64,000 nt of DNA, taken from Epiperipatus broadwayi (Eukaryota > Animalia > Onychophora). Below, in pieces: positions 1 to 14,290 of the stretch (its first letter is position 1; the number at the start of each line of letters is the position of its first letter). A program made the position numbers and the translations under genes. Location: NCBI GenBank assembly GCA_028023455.1, contig JAQFVV010000002.1, positions 12,958,001-13,022,000 on the forward strand, read 5' to 3'. Under the pieces are notes generated by a model. That model made no database searches. It saw nothing but the letters and a program-made list of their open reading frames with translations, and was not told the origin of the DNA.

Positions 1-922
1 AACATGGTAACCAACAAGAAAAAAGCATAATATTTGGAGTTTATTTTTTTGAGCTAACAACTAATAATTACTAGTAAGGTATTGTGCTGTATTAATCCTT
101 TATTGATTATTACCATGTTAGAAATTATCATGCACAATGTAATTTAAAAAAGTAAAAATATATATTATTTCATAAAATAAATATTGAAAAGATAACATGA
201 TTACTAAAACAAAAATGAACACTTAAAATCAGATAGCTAATAAATACAGAAAGGGTGGAAAAAGTTTTTTATTTAAAAAGAAAACAAATATTACTTTTAA
301 AAAAACATTGCATGTAGAAAGGGGGGGGGTAAGATAAAGTTGACAAGAATGAAATAAATTCTAGCTTATCGAAATCAAAATCAATTGGAACTAATAGTGA
401 AAAATTACACAGTGAAATAGAAATAATGATGAGAATGTGAAAAGTATTATGGCATACAAATAGTATGAAGATATTATTGATATTTTTACTATAATTTTTT
501 TTACATATTGTATTGTTATAGTTAAAAATAAAGTGAATCATTAAAATGTGATGATTATTTTCAATAATAAGTCAATTTTAGATGTAGTGAAAATCCTGGC
601 TTATGTAATTAATAGAGAATATTATAAGAGTAAACTTTACTTTCTGCTACTCTAATGTCACCTATTATAAATTTTAATAATCATTATTTACTAGATGATA
701 ATGGGCTGCATGGTTTAATGTAGTAATAAAGTCTCAGACTCTTGAATGTAACCCTCATATCAATTTTAGTTTTTACATTTCTCATAAAATATAAACACAT
801 TTTATATTACCAGATAATATTACAATTTAATCAATAAGGATTGCCAATTCCTCAACAAGCTTTGTGATAAATGCTTAGCCAGAACCAGCATTTAAAATAT
901 CTCTGTCAAGACCCTCCCCCCA

Positions 923-965
923 ACCTTTGACCATGGTTTTGTGCTTTGGCACTCCTTAGAGAGGT
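923..965 (-). ncRNA. Type I hammerhead ribozyme, family D copy 1 (decayed: G5A, G12A)
   Basis: Minus strand ACCUCU-CUAAGGA-GUGC CAAA GCAC-AAAA-CCAUGG-UC-AAAGGU. Confidence 0.65.
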
Positions 966-1342
966 GCTAGGGTAGGTTCAGACACTAGATCTAAAAATAC
1001 CAACCCAAAGTTAGAATTTATCTAAAAGTTATCTATTGAGTGAAAATCTGAAATTTTCAGACACCCACATGTCTTCAAACCCAGCTATCCGACTCAAATA
1101 GCTATATGGGGCTGATAGATTGTCACCCATACCATATATTAGTAGTCTTAGCAATATAAAATTGCATAAGACTTAAGGCAGAGACTATAAATAGTCCAAA
1201 TAAGAGTCATAGATCATATGACCCTATTCTCTTAAGCTTGTAAGTTATAAACAATGAAGATTGCCAATTCCTCAACAAGCTTTGTGATAAATGCTTAGCC
1301 AGAGCCAGCATTTAAAATATCTCTGTCAGGACCCTCCCCCCA

Positions 1343-1385
1343 ACCTTTGACCATGGTTTTGTGCTTTGGCACTCCTCAGAGAGGT
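1343..1385 (-). ncRNA. Type I hammerhead ribozyme, family D copy 2 (G12A)
   Basis: Minus strand ACCUCU-CUGAGGA-GUGC CAAA GCAC-AAAA-CCAUGG-UC-AAAGGU. Stem I 5/6 bp, stem II 4 bp, palindromic stem III ACCAUGGU, GUC site. Confidence 0.75.
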
Positions 1386-2099
1386 GCTAGGGTAGGTTCA
1401 GACACTAGATCTAAAAATACCAACCCAAAGGCAGCATTTATCTAGAAATTATCTATTGAGGGGAAAATCTGAAATTTTCAGACACCTATATGTCTTCAAA
1501 CCCAACTATCCAACTCAAATAGCTATAAGGGGCTGAGAGGTCTTCAGCCATACTATATATTACAATTTAATTTCTATTTCCAAAAAGCATTTGGCTTTAA
1601 TTTATATGACAGAAAAAAATCAAGCTATGATGCTATGTTGGCATTAGCAAGTCTATTTTTTTACTAATGACTTGAATCAAAATTAGAATTAGGAAAATAA
1701 AGTGATATTTTAAAAATTATTGTTGCAAAATATATAAAAAGAGAAATATGTGTTGAAAAATTTTATATATAAAAAAGTACTTGATGCAATTTCTTTGATT
1801 AAACTAATATAACGTTCATTTTGGAAAAAAGTTATTGGTTGAAAAAAAGATAATTTATACATGGCCCAAAAAAAATTTAATAAAACAAGTTTTGAAAATT
1901 TTCTTAACAATCAGAAAAAAAAATATTGTTGCATATTTTGTGAAACTGGACCCAAACTGATTGTGAATAATAATATTTACTTTATGATGAACTTGAACTT
2001 ATGTTTTTTTTGGAAAAGGCTGTGTTTGTTTACATTATAAACACTATCTCAAAACACTTTAGTATAAGTGATATTAGATTACTTTCATTTAAAGAATAT

Positions 2100-4400
2100 G
2101 ACCAGATACAAAAAAATGGAGATACAATTAGATAAAATGTTTAAAATTTTTATAAGAAAAAGTTCACTGTAAAAGAGATTAAATAAATAGCAGTACAAAA
2201 TGTCATATAAATAGTCCTGTTTGTGATTATTCTTTTTAAGCATTGATGGCAGTGAATGCTATAGATACTATATATCGCCCTTATTGCAAAGGCCATTTCT
2301 TTCTTTATGGTATGGTTTCTGGTTTCAACCAAGCAACATCATATTTTAGCAAACTCGAGCATTTATCTGGATCTGATTGCATAATTCTAGCTCTTTACCA
2401 GCATGGTTAAAGTTTTCCAGCCACTCATGGTAAATAGTCTTCTGCTAGCCTATGTCATCACACCTTGTGGTGGATGAAGTATTGAAAAGTACTTTAAGAC
2501 AGTCAGCAAGGTACATCTATCAAAATTATTATGAGAGAAATTATTTTCACCAGTTGTTTTTCTTACCTTAATGGAGTCAATCTGTATTGCTTTCTTCTTG
2601 AGCAAGACATAAACTAGATTACTGTCATTTTTCTTTTCAGACCTTTTACATGTTTTTACAACATAAGTTTTTTAACATCTAACATGTAATCAAGTCTATA
2701 TTTATTTATATCAAGATGTTTATCAGAAACATATTTATCAAGACTTAATTACAAGATATAATTATTTTCTTCATTTTTTAAATATTCATAAATATTGTTT
2801 TGTCAATATAAAAATACACAAAAATACAATACACATGCCCCTGACTTTACTGTTCAGAGATTTGTTTGACCTTAAACTGTAAAAAGAATGGATTGAATCT
2901 CACAACTCTAGGATTCATAAAAAAAGTTCAACTATTGGATATTAAGATATATAATGAAATATGAACACTAGAAGAATTATTTCAGTTTAAATACTGATCA
3001 ACTACTCACAATACATAAATAATCAAATATAATATATGAAGCCTTTCTCTTTTATGAGTATTAGGGGCTGATAAATACAACATTTGAAAGTTATGCCTTT
3101 CTTCCTTAAAGTCACATCTTCTTCTGAGTCTTACAAGTGGGTGAGTAGACTACTTGAAAAAACATGTAGCAACACTAGAGATATATATACTCCAAAATAT
3201 CACGTGGCAGCATATTGTCTCACATATATGACCAAGTCTGTATTCATTATAGAAATTGAACATATCTAAACAAACAATAACAGAAAAATTTTCCCGATCT
3301 CTGCTGAAATTAATAGTATTAACCTGATCATTTGTTTCATATTTATTGACACTATATACATTTTTATCAATATAATCATTCTTGTTTTCTAGCAAGAAGT
3401 CAGTCTATCATTTTGTAATAAATTTGTCTATATTTTGTTATTTTTAATAGTTACTTTTGCTATTGTCATTCATTTTTAAATTTTGTTATTTTATAAATAA
3501 TTTTATCCTTAAATCATTCATCCTTTAAACAGATCCTTGATCATCAGAAAACTGACTATTCTTTATTTTTTCCACTCATGTTAATCATTGTACCAATACA
3601 GGTGCTTTTGTAGCAGTGGTGATGTCTATTCTTGTAAATTTTTTACATAACTGTTCTATTACCAGGATCACTACTAATGTCTTCATGCTGATTCAGATCC
3701 CATTCTTTTTATTTTTTGGGTCTAATCCTATATTTTTCTATTTCTATTTTAGTTCCTGTATGTGGTAAACTCTCTAATAATATTTCTGGAGAGTCTGTTT
3801 TTATTGCACTTGGATAATTTTTAGAGTTACATACTACTATTCATGTTTTGTCTCTGCTAACAGAGATTCTTTTCTTTTGACACTGCTTATAAGATCAGAA
3901 TCTATAGTCACTTTTATTCTAATACAACTAATAGATACCTCACTAATTTTTTATTTGATTGCCTGTTTGATGTGGCAAAACTGACTTCACCATTGCCTAT
4001 ATATTCCTGATTCTGGAGTTTCATGTCAATGAGGTTTAAAAACTCAGCCATTTTTTCTATGGTTTTTTTATTTACGTTGACAATCATCTGAATGATTTTA
4101 AAAGGTAAATTATGTCAAATAATCCCAATGATTTGACTTTTATCATGCAACATGCAGACAAGGTTCTTAATTTTGAAGTTGCTCTTGAACAACTTAGATA
4201 TAGCTTTCACCATCTCTTATGTAAATCTTTTTTGCACAACTTAATACCTGATTCCTTCTTAGTGCTTTTCTGATCAAAAGTTATTTAAAAATTTGATCTC
4301 TATCTCTAAAATATGAAGATAATTTTTCAATTAATGAGTTTCACCATTCTGCCTTGCAAAGCATTATAGGCAATGACCACATGTTCTCTTTCCATTAACT
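2100..4400 (-). pseudogene. Heavily decayed L1/Tx1-like LINE relic
   Basis: A-rich minus strand. Fragmentary translations YFRDRDQIL (ORF1-like, about 4300), SDPDK..W and KILNILSN (RT-like, about 2130-2370). Many stops; boundaries approximate. Confidence 0.3.
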
Positions 4401-5344
4401 GGATTAATTGGAAATAATTCTCCAAACAACTGAGATGTTCCATGGGAGACTCTCCTGCCTCATCTCTAAACATCTGAATTTTGAGGAATTGATTAATACA
4501 AGTAAAGGCTTTCAGTATGATTGTTATATTTTTATAATTTTATTTTGTTTTCATCATTCTCAGGGTATCTCTTTTGTAATCTTTTTTAGATTCTTTTGTC
4601 CATTCTGCAAATCAGTTTCAAGTATTTATTTTTGATCTTACCATAATCTATTTTTATGTTATTTATAATGCTGACTACATCTTTCTGAGTTTTTTGCATC
4701 TTCTCTCAAGTCTCTTGCAATTTTTTTTTTAGTAATGAATTTTGAATTTGGTCATGATCATCTCTTCACTTTTTGTCTCATTTCCAATTTTTCTATTTTT
4801 TCTACTATACTTTTCATGATTTGCTGCAATTTGTTTCTGCTAGATACAATAAATTTTTGGACCATTTCCTTTATATTAGTATATATTTTTTCATATCAAC
4901 TCCATTTGGGTTGTATTTGACTTGCTGTTTCATAACTCATGCTGCTTATAGTTTTGTTTTTGTTTTTCTGATGAATTTGAATTTTTTTTTACCATAAATA
5001 TAAAATAAAATTAATTTTATTATGATTGAAATCAATTTATAATTTAAAAACAAGACATAATTTTAATGATTTATCATGTAAAGCAATCATAGTTAAAGTA
5101 ATAGAGTATGGAAGCAAACAAATGTCTAAGCTATCAGTTGATGGAAAGAGTACAATACGGCCACATTATGTTAATGTTATTTATTTGAAAGTTATTTTAT
5201 CAATAGTCATTGAAAATTCACCCATTTATTGTGTTTGGGAGCTATGTGACATAGAGGGAAAAGGTTAAATGCTTGTTTTCCTGATGTCCTTAAGAAATCT
5301 AACTACAGCTTTGTATATGTGTAAATCATATCTTCCCAGTTAAT

Positions 5345-5427
5345 GCTTAAAATAAACCAACAAAATATCAGTATTTGAGTGTTGCCTTGACAACATATTG
5401 CTGATATTTTATTGGTTTATTTTAAGC
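5345..5427. repeat. 83-bp hairpin (29-bp inverted arms)
   Basis: GCTTAAAATAAACCAACAAAATATCAGTA versus TGCTGATATTTTATTGGTTTATTTTAAGC (2 mismatches); TTAA near both ends. Confidence 0.8.
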
Positions 5428-7229
5428 TTTGGCTGTGGTGATAAGATCTATATATTATAATCAGCTAGCTAGGGGTACTTATGATTTAATAAATATATAT
5501 ATGTGTGTGTGTATTTGATAAATTCAAATATTTTTAATGATTGTATTGATAAAAATTATAAATATTCTTTAACATTAAATGATTGGCAAATATGTTTGGA
5601 GCAAATAGTACTATTGCACATATATTAAATGATGCATAATTAATATAATCATTATAATATAAATAACATAATTATAGACAATGTTGTTTGATTCATTTTT
5701 ACAAATTATTTTATGAAAATAACTTTTTTATATTTAATTTTGAATAATTAATAACTACAATTGAAGGTAGAGATTAAAATAAAGCTAGATCATAATAATG
5801 TTCTAAATAATGTTAATTTTATTTCATTTATATTAATTATCTTACACAAGATTATTTAGAGAATTATAATTCTTGGTTACATGTTTTTTAATTATTGTTA
5901 ATATTTTTTAAAATTAAATTCTCTATTTCGAATTTATGTATCATATTAATCAGTAATGATTGGGAATTATACATATTATTAACACTTTTAATAAACTAAA
6001 TTTTTCATTTTTATTGTTTATATTCTTTAAAGTTTTAAATGATAATTTATAAAGCCTGCTAATTATAATATTCAGGTTTTTACATTTAATTGTAACATAT
6101 ATATTGTATCCTTTTATATTGGTACATTTCATTATAAATTAAATTGGAAGTAAATCTTAGAAGGTATAATTCTAAATTTTATAAAGTAAATATATTTAGT
6201 TATTAAACCAAGAAAGATAACGTTTATTTGGTTGTTTGGGGTTTAAACCTAAGGTTAGTTAACTTGAAGTAATACAAATTCTCCAAGTTTTGATTAAAGT
6301 ATTTATTTTAAAAGTATATAAGAAATAAAATAATAAAATATTACTTAATAGTATTTGTTAATAATTAATTGTTTAATAATATTTAAAATTGTAGTGAAAT
6401 TTAAATATAATCTTATAAATAAAAATATGCGCTAAAATAAAAATATGCGCTATAGTGCTATAAATATAAGTATTTGTGTTTGTGCACATCTAATATTATA
6501 AAGTAATGGCGATTTCCAGTGAAATCATAATTTATTGTTAAAAATGAATAAAATAATATTTATTAATTTTGTGTTGAAAATTTATAAAATTAATTTAGTA
6601 TTTAGTCTGTATGAAATAAAATTAAAATAATCTAAATTGTTTTAGAATTAATTGTATTTTTTTATTCAGTTTATTAAAGGTATTATTTTTTTAGCAAATA
6701 TTTTGTACAGATAATATTTGTTTTAAAAGATAATAAAGCTGTATATAACTAATTAAGTAGTTATAACAAAAGAAATAAAATTAACCAATGAGAGAGCGTG
6801 ATTTGGAATAGATTAAAAACCAGCAGACTATGTTTTTGAAAAAAAAAAAAGTATTACAGATCAGAAGAAAAGTAATTTCATTCTTCTCTAAAATTTTGTT
6901 TAAACTATTTTAAATATTACTATTAGTAGATTAAAAAGTAACTAATGATGATCTATTTGATAATCTAAAACTATATTATAAAGTTTTTCTGTTAAAATAA
7001 TGGAATGAAGGATGGTTAAATCTCTATTGTTGAAATCAACATTTAATAATTTGAAAATATCTTAGAATCATTATATTGCAAAAATTGCTAAAATAATGGA
7101 AGGAAAAAGCTGTGAATTCATGCACAAATGCTATCAGTTAACATAGTAATTCAATAAAACAACAGTGAATATTATAACCAAGCTGAGGTACTTATATATC
7201 TCGTGGTTATAATAAAATTTATAAAAGAT

Positions 7230-7900
7230 TAAGTTGGAATTTATGGATGAACCAAAAGAAAATTATTTATCACAAAGTGGATTGTAAGTATTTTAATATA
7301 GTAAAAATTAAATCAGTAAATAATGATAATAGAAATATTTGCTTAAGGAAAATTGGTCTTAATATTAAATATTAAAAGAGAGCATGCAGAAGTGTATCTG
7401 ACTAATAATTTAAATTGTATAAAATATACGAAAAGATAGTTTATTATTTTTAGTAAATTCTGTGATGTATAATGAACTTTAAAGATGGATTTTACATGGT
7501 AGATGAAAGATAGAAAATTCAAAGGAGGTATTGATATTGTACAAGGTAAAAGAAAAAAAATTAAAGAAAGATTTTATCTACAGTTGTGATAAGACTGTAG
7601 CGGTTTGTTATGAAAATGCATGAATTATTTATTGATAAAGTGAAATGGAAAAGCAAGATAAATATGACAAAATTAAATAAATACTGAGGACAAATAATAA
7701 GTAAATATAGATTTTAATAGAAAGAGTTGGAAAAACTGGTGAAATAAACATTATATGGTTTAAAGTATGCACCTACATTGAGGATAATACCAATCTACAT
7801 TAAAAGAGAATGTGTGAAATATTATATTCAAATGATAACATTTGTAAGGAATACTTAGAGAATAATGCGAATATTGAAAGTGTTGGATCTGAGACATTTT
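7230..7900 (+). pseudogene. Decayed L1/Tx1-like RT relic
   Basis: Translated pieces HKVDCKYF (like DRVDW.YL) and GEINIIWFKVCTYIEDNT (like I..KVSLYADDT), in the expected order. Many stops. Confidence 0.3.
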
Positions 7901-8361
7901 AATGTGATAATAAACGCAAGAAGTTTACGATAAAAATGTATTATGCAAGTTGAAAATAATTTTTAGTTGTCAAGGGAAAAAAAATGTTAAATTGTAAATA
8001 ATCTGTTTGCGGTGGAATTTTGCATTTTATATTATTATGAGAACAAGAAGAGCAGAAGTGGGTGGGGGCACGCTAACGCTAAAGTGTTTGAAACGATTTG
8101 GTTACCATAAAAATTAAAGCTCTTCCAAGATGAACTGGGTAAAAAAATTGTACTATGTTTTAAAAGAAAAAAAAAATTAACATAGTATTTGAATGTTGTT
8201 TAATGTTACAAATTAAGTAATTGTTATCAATATAGTGGAATAAATGAATTAAAACAGACAAAACTCTTTATACGTATTGCCACTCAGTGCAAGCCAGAGT
8301 AATCAATGGTTTCCAGAAGTCTTGTCCATAAAATCCCCATCTAATGCGTATTCATCCAATA

Positions 8362-8403
8362 TCCCCAGACTAGTTTCTGGCTTGTGGCCTTCATCAGTAA
8401 GGA
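8362..8403 (-). ncRNA. Type I hammerhead ribozyme, family A
   Basis: UCCUUA-CUGAUGA-A GGC CACAA GCC A-GAAA-CUAG-UC-UGGGGA. Confidence 0.75.
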
Positions 8404-8460
8404 ACCTTGAATCTGAGAGCACTGCATCTAGATCTTAGGATCTAATGCAACCCTCCAGCA

Positions 8461-8502
8461 GCCACACTGATGAAGGTCACAAGCCAGAAACTAGTCTGGC
8501 GA
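8461..8502 (+). ncRNA. Family A hammerhead, stem I disrupted by the inversion junction
   Basis: CUGAUGA-AGGUCACAAGCCA-GAAA-CUAG-UC-UGGCGA. The 5' strand of stem I is replaced by junction sequence. Confidence 0.6.
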
Positions 8503-11299
8503 TATTGGATGACTAGATGTGGATTTAATCCACAAGCCTTCTGGCATCCATTGATTACTCTGGCTTGCACTGAGTGGGCAATACGTATAGAGGGTTTTGC
8601 CTGTTTTAATAACAGTTAAGAGCAAGCATAAGAAATGGTGATCATGTGATGTTTATTGTAATAAATTAATGTATAAAAATTAATAATTTGTTTTATTTAC
8701 TTATCTGTGTAAATAATTGTTTTAATTTTTTATTTTATTAAACGTTATTAAATGACTATAATAAATGGGGATGAATAATAAGCTAGGAAAATATACATAT
8801 AAAAGTAATTATTACATTTATTATAAGAGGATAAAGTATGTTTGGGTTCAAATATAATATTGAAATGATATATTGTGATATTTAAATTTTGAACTTGTAT
8901 TTAGCTATAGATAATTCAATATAATTATAGTGGAGTCATATCTAATCCTGATTTGTAATTCTGTTTAGTTTATTATTAATAAGAAATGTAAGAAACAAGT
9001 ATAGATTGGAAATAAAAGGAAGGAAAATTGCATTGGTAAATTGGAAATAGGGAGTTAGTATCTGAGTTGTTTAGATAAAACAAATATAGGGATTTCTTAT
9101 TTTACGATGTACCCAAAATGTATTATATCAATATTTGGGATAATAGAATAAATTTTAAATTTAAATTAGTTCAGGATAAGATAACTTTCTTTTATTTTAA
9201 AATATATAGTATTTTTTTTTTTTATTTAGACACAGAGTTTAGTAGCAAGGCTATTACAAAACTGAATGTGAAATAAAAAATAAAAAACAATGGTTCAATA
9301 ATTATTAAATTACCATTTTATTGGCTTAAGGTAAAAAAAAAAGATCAAATGATAAATGTCATGAGATATAAAAAAAGATGAATATTTAATATTTCATAAT
9401 ATTAAAATAAGATTATTTTGTTTAAGAAAAAACAATAGTACATATTTTTTTAATCTTATATCTTTGAAATTATTAAGATTGTATTTGTTAATAGAATCTA
9501 TAAAGGGCAATGGGTATAAATAGGAATATATAAAATGGATTATATGTTATAGCATAATAAATGTATATAATTTTATTATCTAAAAAACTAAAGTTGAGTA
9601 TAACAATAAAACCATATCTTATTAAAATGGGGTATTTCATTTTAGTTATTGGGTAATTATAATTAAGGAGAAATACAAATGTTTGAATGTTGGGGTATTT
9701 TATTATATGTTATTATTATATAATATTTTTATGTTATTTGTTGAGTTATTTACTATTTTAAAAATAATTATTCAAATATTTTGTAAATAATATGTTAATA
9801 AAATTAATGTTTATAAATCGAACTAAGTATTTAGAGTTGCATTTCTTTGATTAGGGTCATCATCACTAATTGTACTATACACATTAATTAAAGTATATAA
9901 TTTGAAATTTAAATAAGAAATCACTTAAATATTAGCTAATGTATAACAATTATAAAAGAATAACAACTTGTACAATATATATTAATTTGTTATAAACTAT
10001 TATGATCACACAAGGCATCAATGAATTAGCATTTTCTTAATTAGTACACTATCTATAGAATTAAGTAAAATCCCTCTTTATATCTTATAGGTTAAATAAA
10101 TGGTTAATTAAAAATCAGTGATAATTCTGAGATCTTCTTATTATAATATTGTTATTATTATTAATTATAGCAATATAAGATTACTAATGATTGGAAATAA
10201 TAAATTTACAATAAAATGACATTATAAACTTGTTAATTAATTTACATTAAAGTTAATGATTATAGATGTTTATTATATTTATGTAGTATTATTGTTAGTC
10301 ATGGGAATATTTGGATACTTAATAAGGAGGAGTATCTCAGTATTCTTATGCCATTGAAAAAATATTTTGGTGTGGGTTTAATGTTAACGGGAATGCGATC
10401 TTGTTTAGTAGGATAGTGGACATCATAATTGCTGGCATAAATTAAAGATAATTTCAAAATAATAAAAGTATAAAATTGTATCTGGAGAAAATAAAAAGTA
10501 TAGCCTAATTTATGGACTTGTAATGTTTTCTAGGGGATCATCATTCTATTGGCAGGGTACAATATATAATATATGACTTTATTTTTTTAGGTTATATTTG
10601 ATATGTATGTGTAGAACGTGTGTGCATGAATGGGTATAGTATTAAAAAAATCTAATTAAAATATATTAAGTTTGTATTAAATAGACATAGCTGACGCTAA
10701 ATATGTATTTAAAAAATGATGACTCAACAGAATACAAGCAATCAATATAATGGAAAATGTGAATCAGATTTTGACAAAGATGAATAAGCAAATTATACAT
10801 TGATTTAAATATCAATATTTTTTTTTTTTTAAAAAAAAAAAACAACTTATCTGTTTTTGGAAATATTTTAATAATTTTTAAATATTGTTCAAAGTAAATA
10901 AAAACATTTTGTACAAATAATTTTATTTACAATATTTTTAAAATTATTATCATAAATATAAAAATCAATTTTAACACTTAAAAATATTAATATTTGCATT
11001 TTTATAAAAATAGAAATTGTTGATGAACATGTGAAATGAAAAAGAAAAATTGTTTGAAATATCAATTATTTAAAAAAATAAAATAAAGCAAAGAAAAATA
11101 GTAAGTGCACTCATTAACTTCGTTCAGCCAAAGCTGCTCCCCCCAAGTATGTAAAAAAAAAACAACTCTGAAAAACAAGAGTGAAATTTTAAAAAAAAAA
11201 CTAAAAAATAAGATTTAAATATATATAATAATTAATATTATATCTTTATTATTAAAAATTTATGGATTCTGACATAATTACTTGCTTAAAAATTCTTTT

Positions 11300-11690
11300 A
11301 ATACTAAGGATGTGGGGGGTGTAAGTGGAATTGTGTATAATATTTAGTATAAATTTGTTATCTTTTAGTCCTTTATACTTGGGAAGTATGCTTGTAGCAA
11401 TGAATCCATTAGTTATTATTTAGAGTTTATTTTCTTTGGCTCGTCTGGTTTAGTTGTGAATTTGGGGGTCATTTTGATTATTTTATTGATTAGTTTAGCT
11501 TTAAGCCTTTAATATTTATATACCAGTTTATAGTCATTTAGAGAAGTTAATACAGTGGCTTTCCGTTGAGTTCTATATCACAGTTCTAATTAACTTTGAA
11601 AGCTTTTGATTTCATTTATATGTAATTGGTGAATGAGTGTTTAAATATTACCGAATGTGATTACATTAATTTACTAATAAACTAAAGATC
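11300..11690 (-). pseudogene. Possible decayed PLE RT C-terminal (thumb) relic
   Basis: Minus-strand pieces LNTHSPITY (like LNS.HP.I.F), QRKAT (like YRKPT) and SILPKYKGL (like .LPY..GL), in order, across frameshifts. Confidence 0.3.
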
Positions 11691-11701
11691 AGCCTTTCAA
11701 T

Positions 11702-11863
11702 CTAACGTACATACGCTTTTTATGAATATTAATACTAATAAATGAATACCTTCACTTCCAACACAAGATAAAGTCTTTTCGACTAATGTACATGCGCTTT
11801 TTATGAATATTAATACTAATAAATGAATACCTTCACTTCCAACACAAGATAAAGTCTTTTCGA
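11702..11863. repeat. 81-bp tandem duplication
   Basis: Two near-identical copies starting 11702 and 11783. Explains the repeated 27-aa peptide in ORF 11697..11882. Confidence 0.9.
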
Positions 11864-13929
11864 AAGAATAGAATGAATCCATCTATTCTTTCAACCCAAA
11901 TGCTTATATATGGGCAAATCTTAGGTACTGGAAATAAAAGCATGAGGATAAACCACTCACTTTAAATTACTTTTTACTATGTCTGAATGAATGACGCCCA
12001 TGAAATTATCTAGAATTTACGAAACATCATATTGGGACTTGCAATGTTTTAACTAGCATTATTATACCACTTATATATCACTTTATATCCATTAATGATG
12101 CTACTTTTATTCTCGGACTTATATTCAGATGTTCTTTTTATTTACAATCATTCATTATCCTATAACAGTAATAAAACAAAATAATTTAATTTTTATTTTA
12201 AATAAAACACACACAAGAAATTGACATATATTAGCAATTTTTTTAATGCCGTCCATAAATCAACATAATATTACTCACACACATGGAAACAAGAGTTAAT
12301 GTCAATTTCTGAAATGGCAATAAATAAATACATATATATTATAGTAAATGTTTAAAACTATAAAAAAAACTCACTGATTAGATTATGTCAATGATGTTCA
12401 AGTAATCAAACATGATTTATCAGTAGATCATTGCATGTTTTTAGTATAATTTCTTTAAACACATTATGATAAAATATTGTATATAAAATATCTTGCTTGG
12501 TTTTTAAGTATTTAGGAAGTCAGAACTTTTTAATATAAATATTATTACATTAAAAAGTCTTGAAACGTTGAACCTTTTGTGATAATTCATTTTCTTTTAT
12601 AATCCCGATTTTAAAAATATTGCTAAGACAGCACAATATTAAATTTTGTTTCTACTTCATTATAGATATTCACATTTAGATATATTTAGCAAATATTGAA
12701 ATTAGATTCCAACATTGTATTTTTTTCCCCTCAGAATATGAATAGATTGAAAAATTACTCAACTAAAAAAAAAAAAAGTATTTCACATTAAGAAAAAGTT
12801 TAAATATCCTTGGACTATACTGCATAATATATTGATTGCCTCAAAAATATTAAAATATTAAGTGACACTTAGTGAAATAAAAAAAATATTAGAACTAGAG
12901 CAGAAGATGAAATGTTTTAAATGTTTCTCATAGATAGTGTGCTTTTTTCCGCTAGTTCTTTACAATATTACATATTGGAGTGCAGGTGTGAAAAAGCTTG
13001 TACTGTAGAGAAAAAATTTATAACTTTCATGCAGAATTTTAAAAAAAAAAAAAATTAAATGAGTAAACGGATACTAAAGAAAGATCCAATTTTCCTAAAA
13101 AAAAAAAACTAATAATAATAATAAAGGAAAGAAATAATTTTCAAGAAAATATCAAAAAGAAGAGTCACTGCTATTTTAGAAGACTGTTTCTGCTAAGACA
13201 AATAATAAAAACTATATTAAATAAAATACATAAAACTATTAAAGTCACAAGACTATTAATTGGAAAGAAAGGAATATAAATAAAAAAAAGTATTATTCAC
13301 TTTATGCAATGCATCTCTTTATTTATCACAATGGCAAAATATCTGACAGTTTCATTTATTTAACAATCTTTCTCTGATCCCCTTCTAATATTTACAAAAT
13401 GTTAAAGTAAAAAAATAGAGATTTAAAATATATCTGATAGTCTACTGAAAATAAGTGAGCTAACAGAACATCTAACTGCATAAATAATATTTTCTGTACT
13501 GTAATTTTTATTACACCACTCTCACACAAAGTAGACTGTTTTTAGCTGATTTTAATGCTTTATGGAGGATGTAAACATAGACCTATAACCAAATATAACT
13601 GGATAGTTTTAAACACAAATCAAATAAAAAAATTAATTATTCACAAAAAAATATCCATATCATTGACATAATCTTATGAATAAGAAATTAGTTTATTCTT
13701 GAAAAAAAATCTTAAAAAAATAGTAATAGAAACAAAATAAAGAAATTGATTGAGACTTAAAAGAAATGATTTTCACTGAAATTGACTCTTTTAATCAGAA
13801 ATGTGATCTAAAAATATATGTATATGTAGGAAAATATATATGGAAAATTAAAATAATTAACTTATAAATATGGGAATACTGGGGGAAAAAATAATGAAAA
13901 TGGAAATTGCAATACTTAAAAAAACTTAG

Positions 13930-14290
13930 TTTCTAGAAGTTTGGACAGTTAGATAAAGAAAGACAAAATAATTACAGGCATTTGAATGAAAGAAAAGTTA
14001 TATGATTAATATCAAAATAATACTTAAAGTGTTAGTTGAAAGTTATTTATTGAGGAAAATGAGTAAAAAAAAAAATTGAATTGAGTATATTTTTAATGAT
14101 AGAAAAAATATATTTGAGAAAACTATAAGAAAAAAAAAGTATAAAATTAATAGAAGTTATTCAAAAGGAAAATACTCTGGATTATTTAAAAAATAAAAGG
14201 AAGTGGCCTGGGATTATGTATGGAACTTACATAATGATAATTAGCAATGAAATTATATACAGATGATCATATATTAAAACAATTTTTGTA
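13930..14290 (+). pseudogene. Decayed CR1/L2-like RT relic
   Basis: Ordered pieces LEVWT, *IEYIFNDRK (like WI..FL.DR.Q), KGSGLG (like QGSVLG) and KLYTDD (like KLFADD). Confidence 0.45.

Larger units (their letters stand above)
832..1556 (-). mobile_element. Family D: tandem 420-nt-period non-coding HHR element (retrozyme-like or non-autonomous PLE)
   Basis: 833-1140 is repeated at 1253-1561 (offset 420). Each copy holds a minus-strand HHR. Flanked by ATATTACAATTTAAT at 817-831 and 1557-1571 (15-bp TSD, partly microhomologous to the element end). No ORF. Confidence 0.8.
8250..8659. mobile_element. Family A HHR element inserted as an asymmetric palindrome
   Basis: Arms 8250-8399 and 8466-8608. 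Spacer continues the minus copy. Tail 8609-8659 contains GGTGATCATGTGATGTT. Imperfect TSD AATAAATGAAT (8239-8249) and AATAAATTAAT (8660-8670). Confidence 0.85.

Noticed and set aside
11095-11160. Minus-strand HHR-like remnant downstream of the possible PLE relic
   Set aside because: Core reads UGGGGGGA and GAAG; too degenerate to call.
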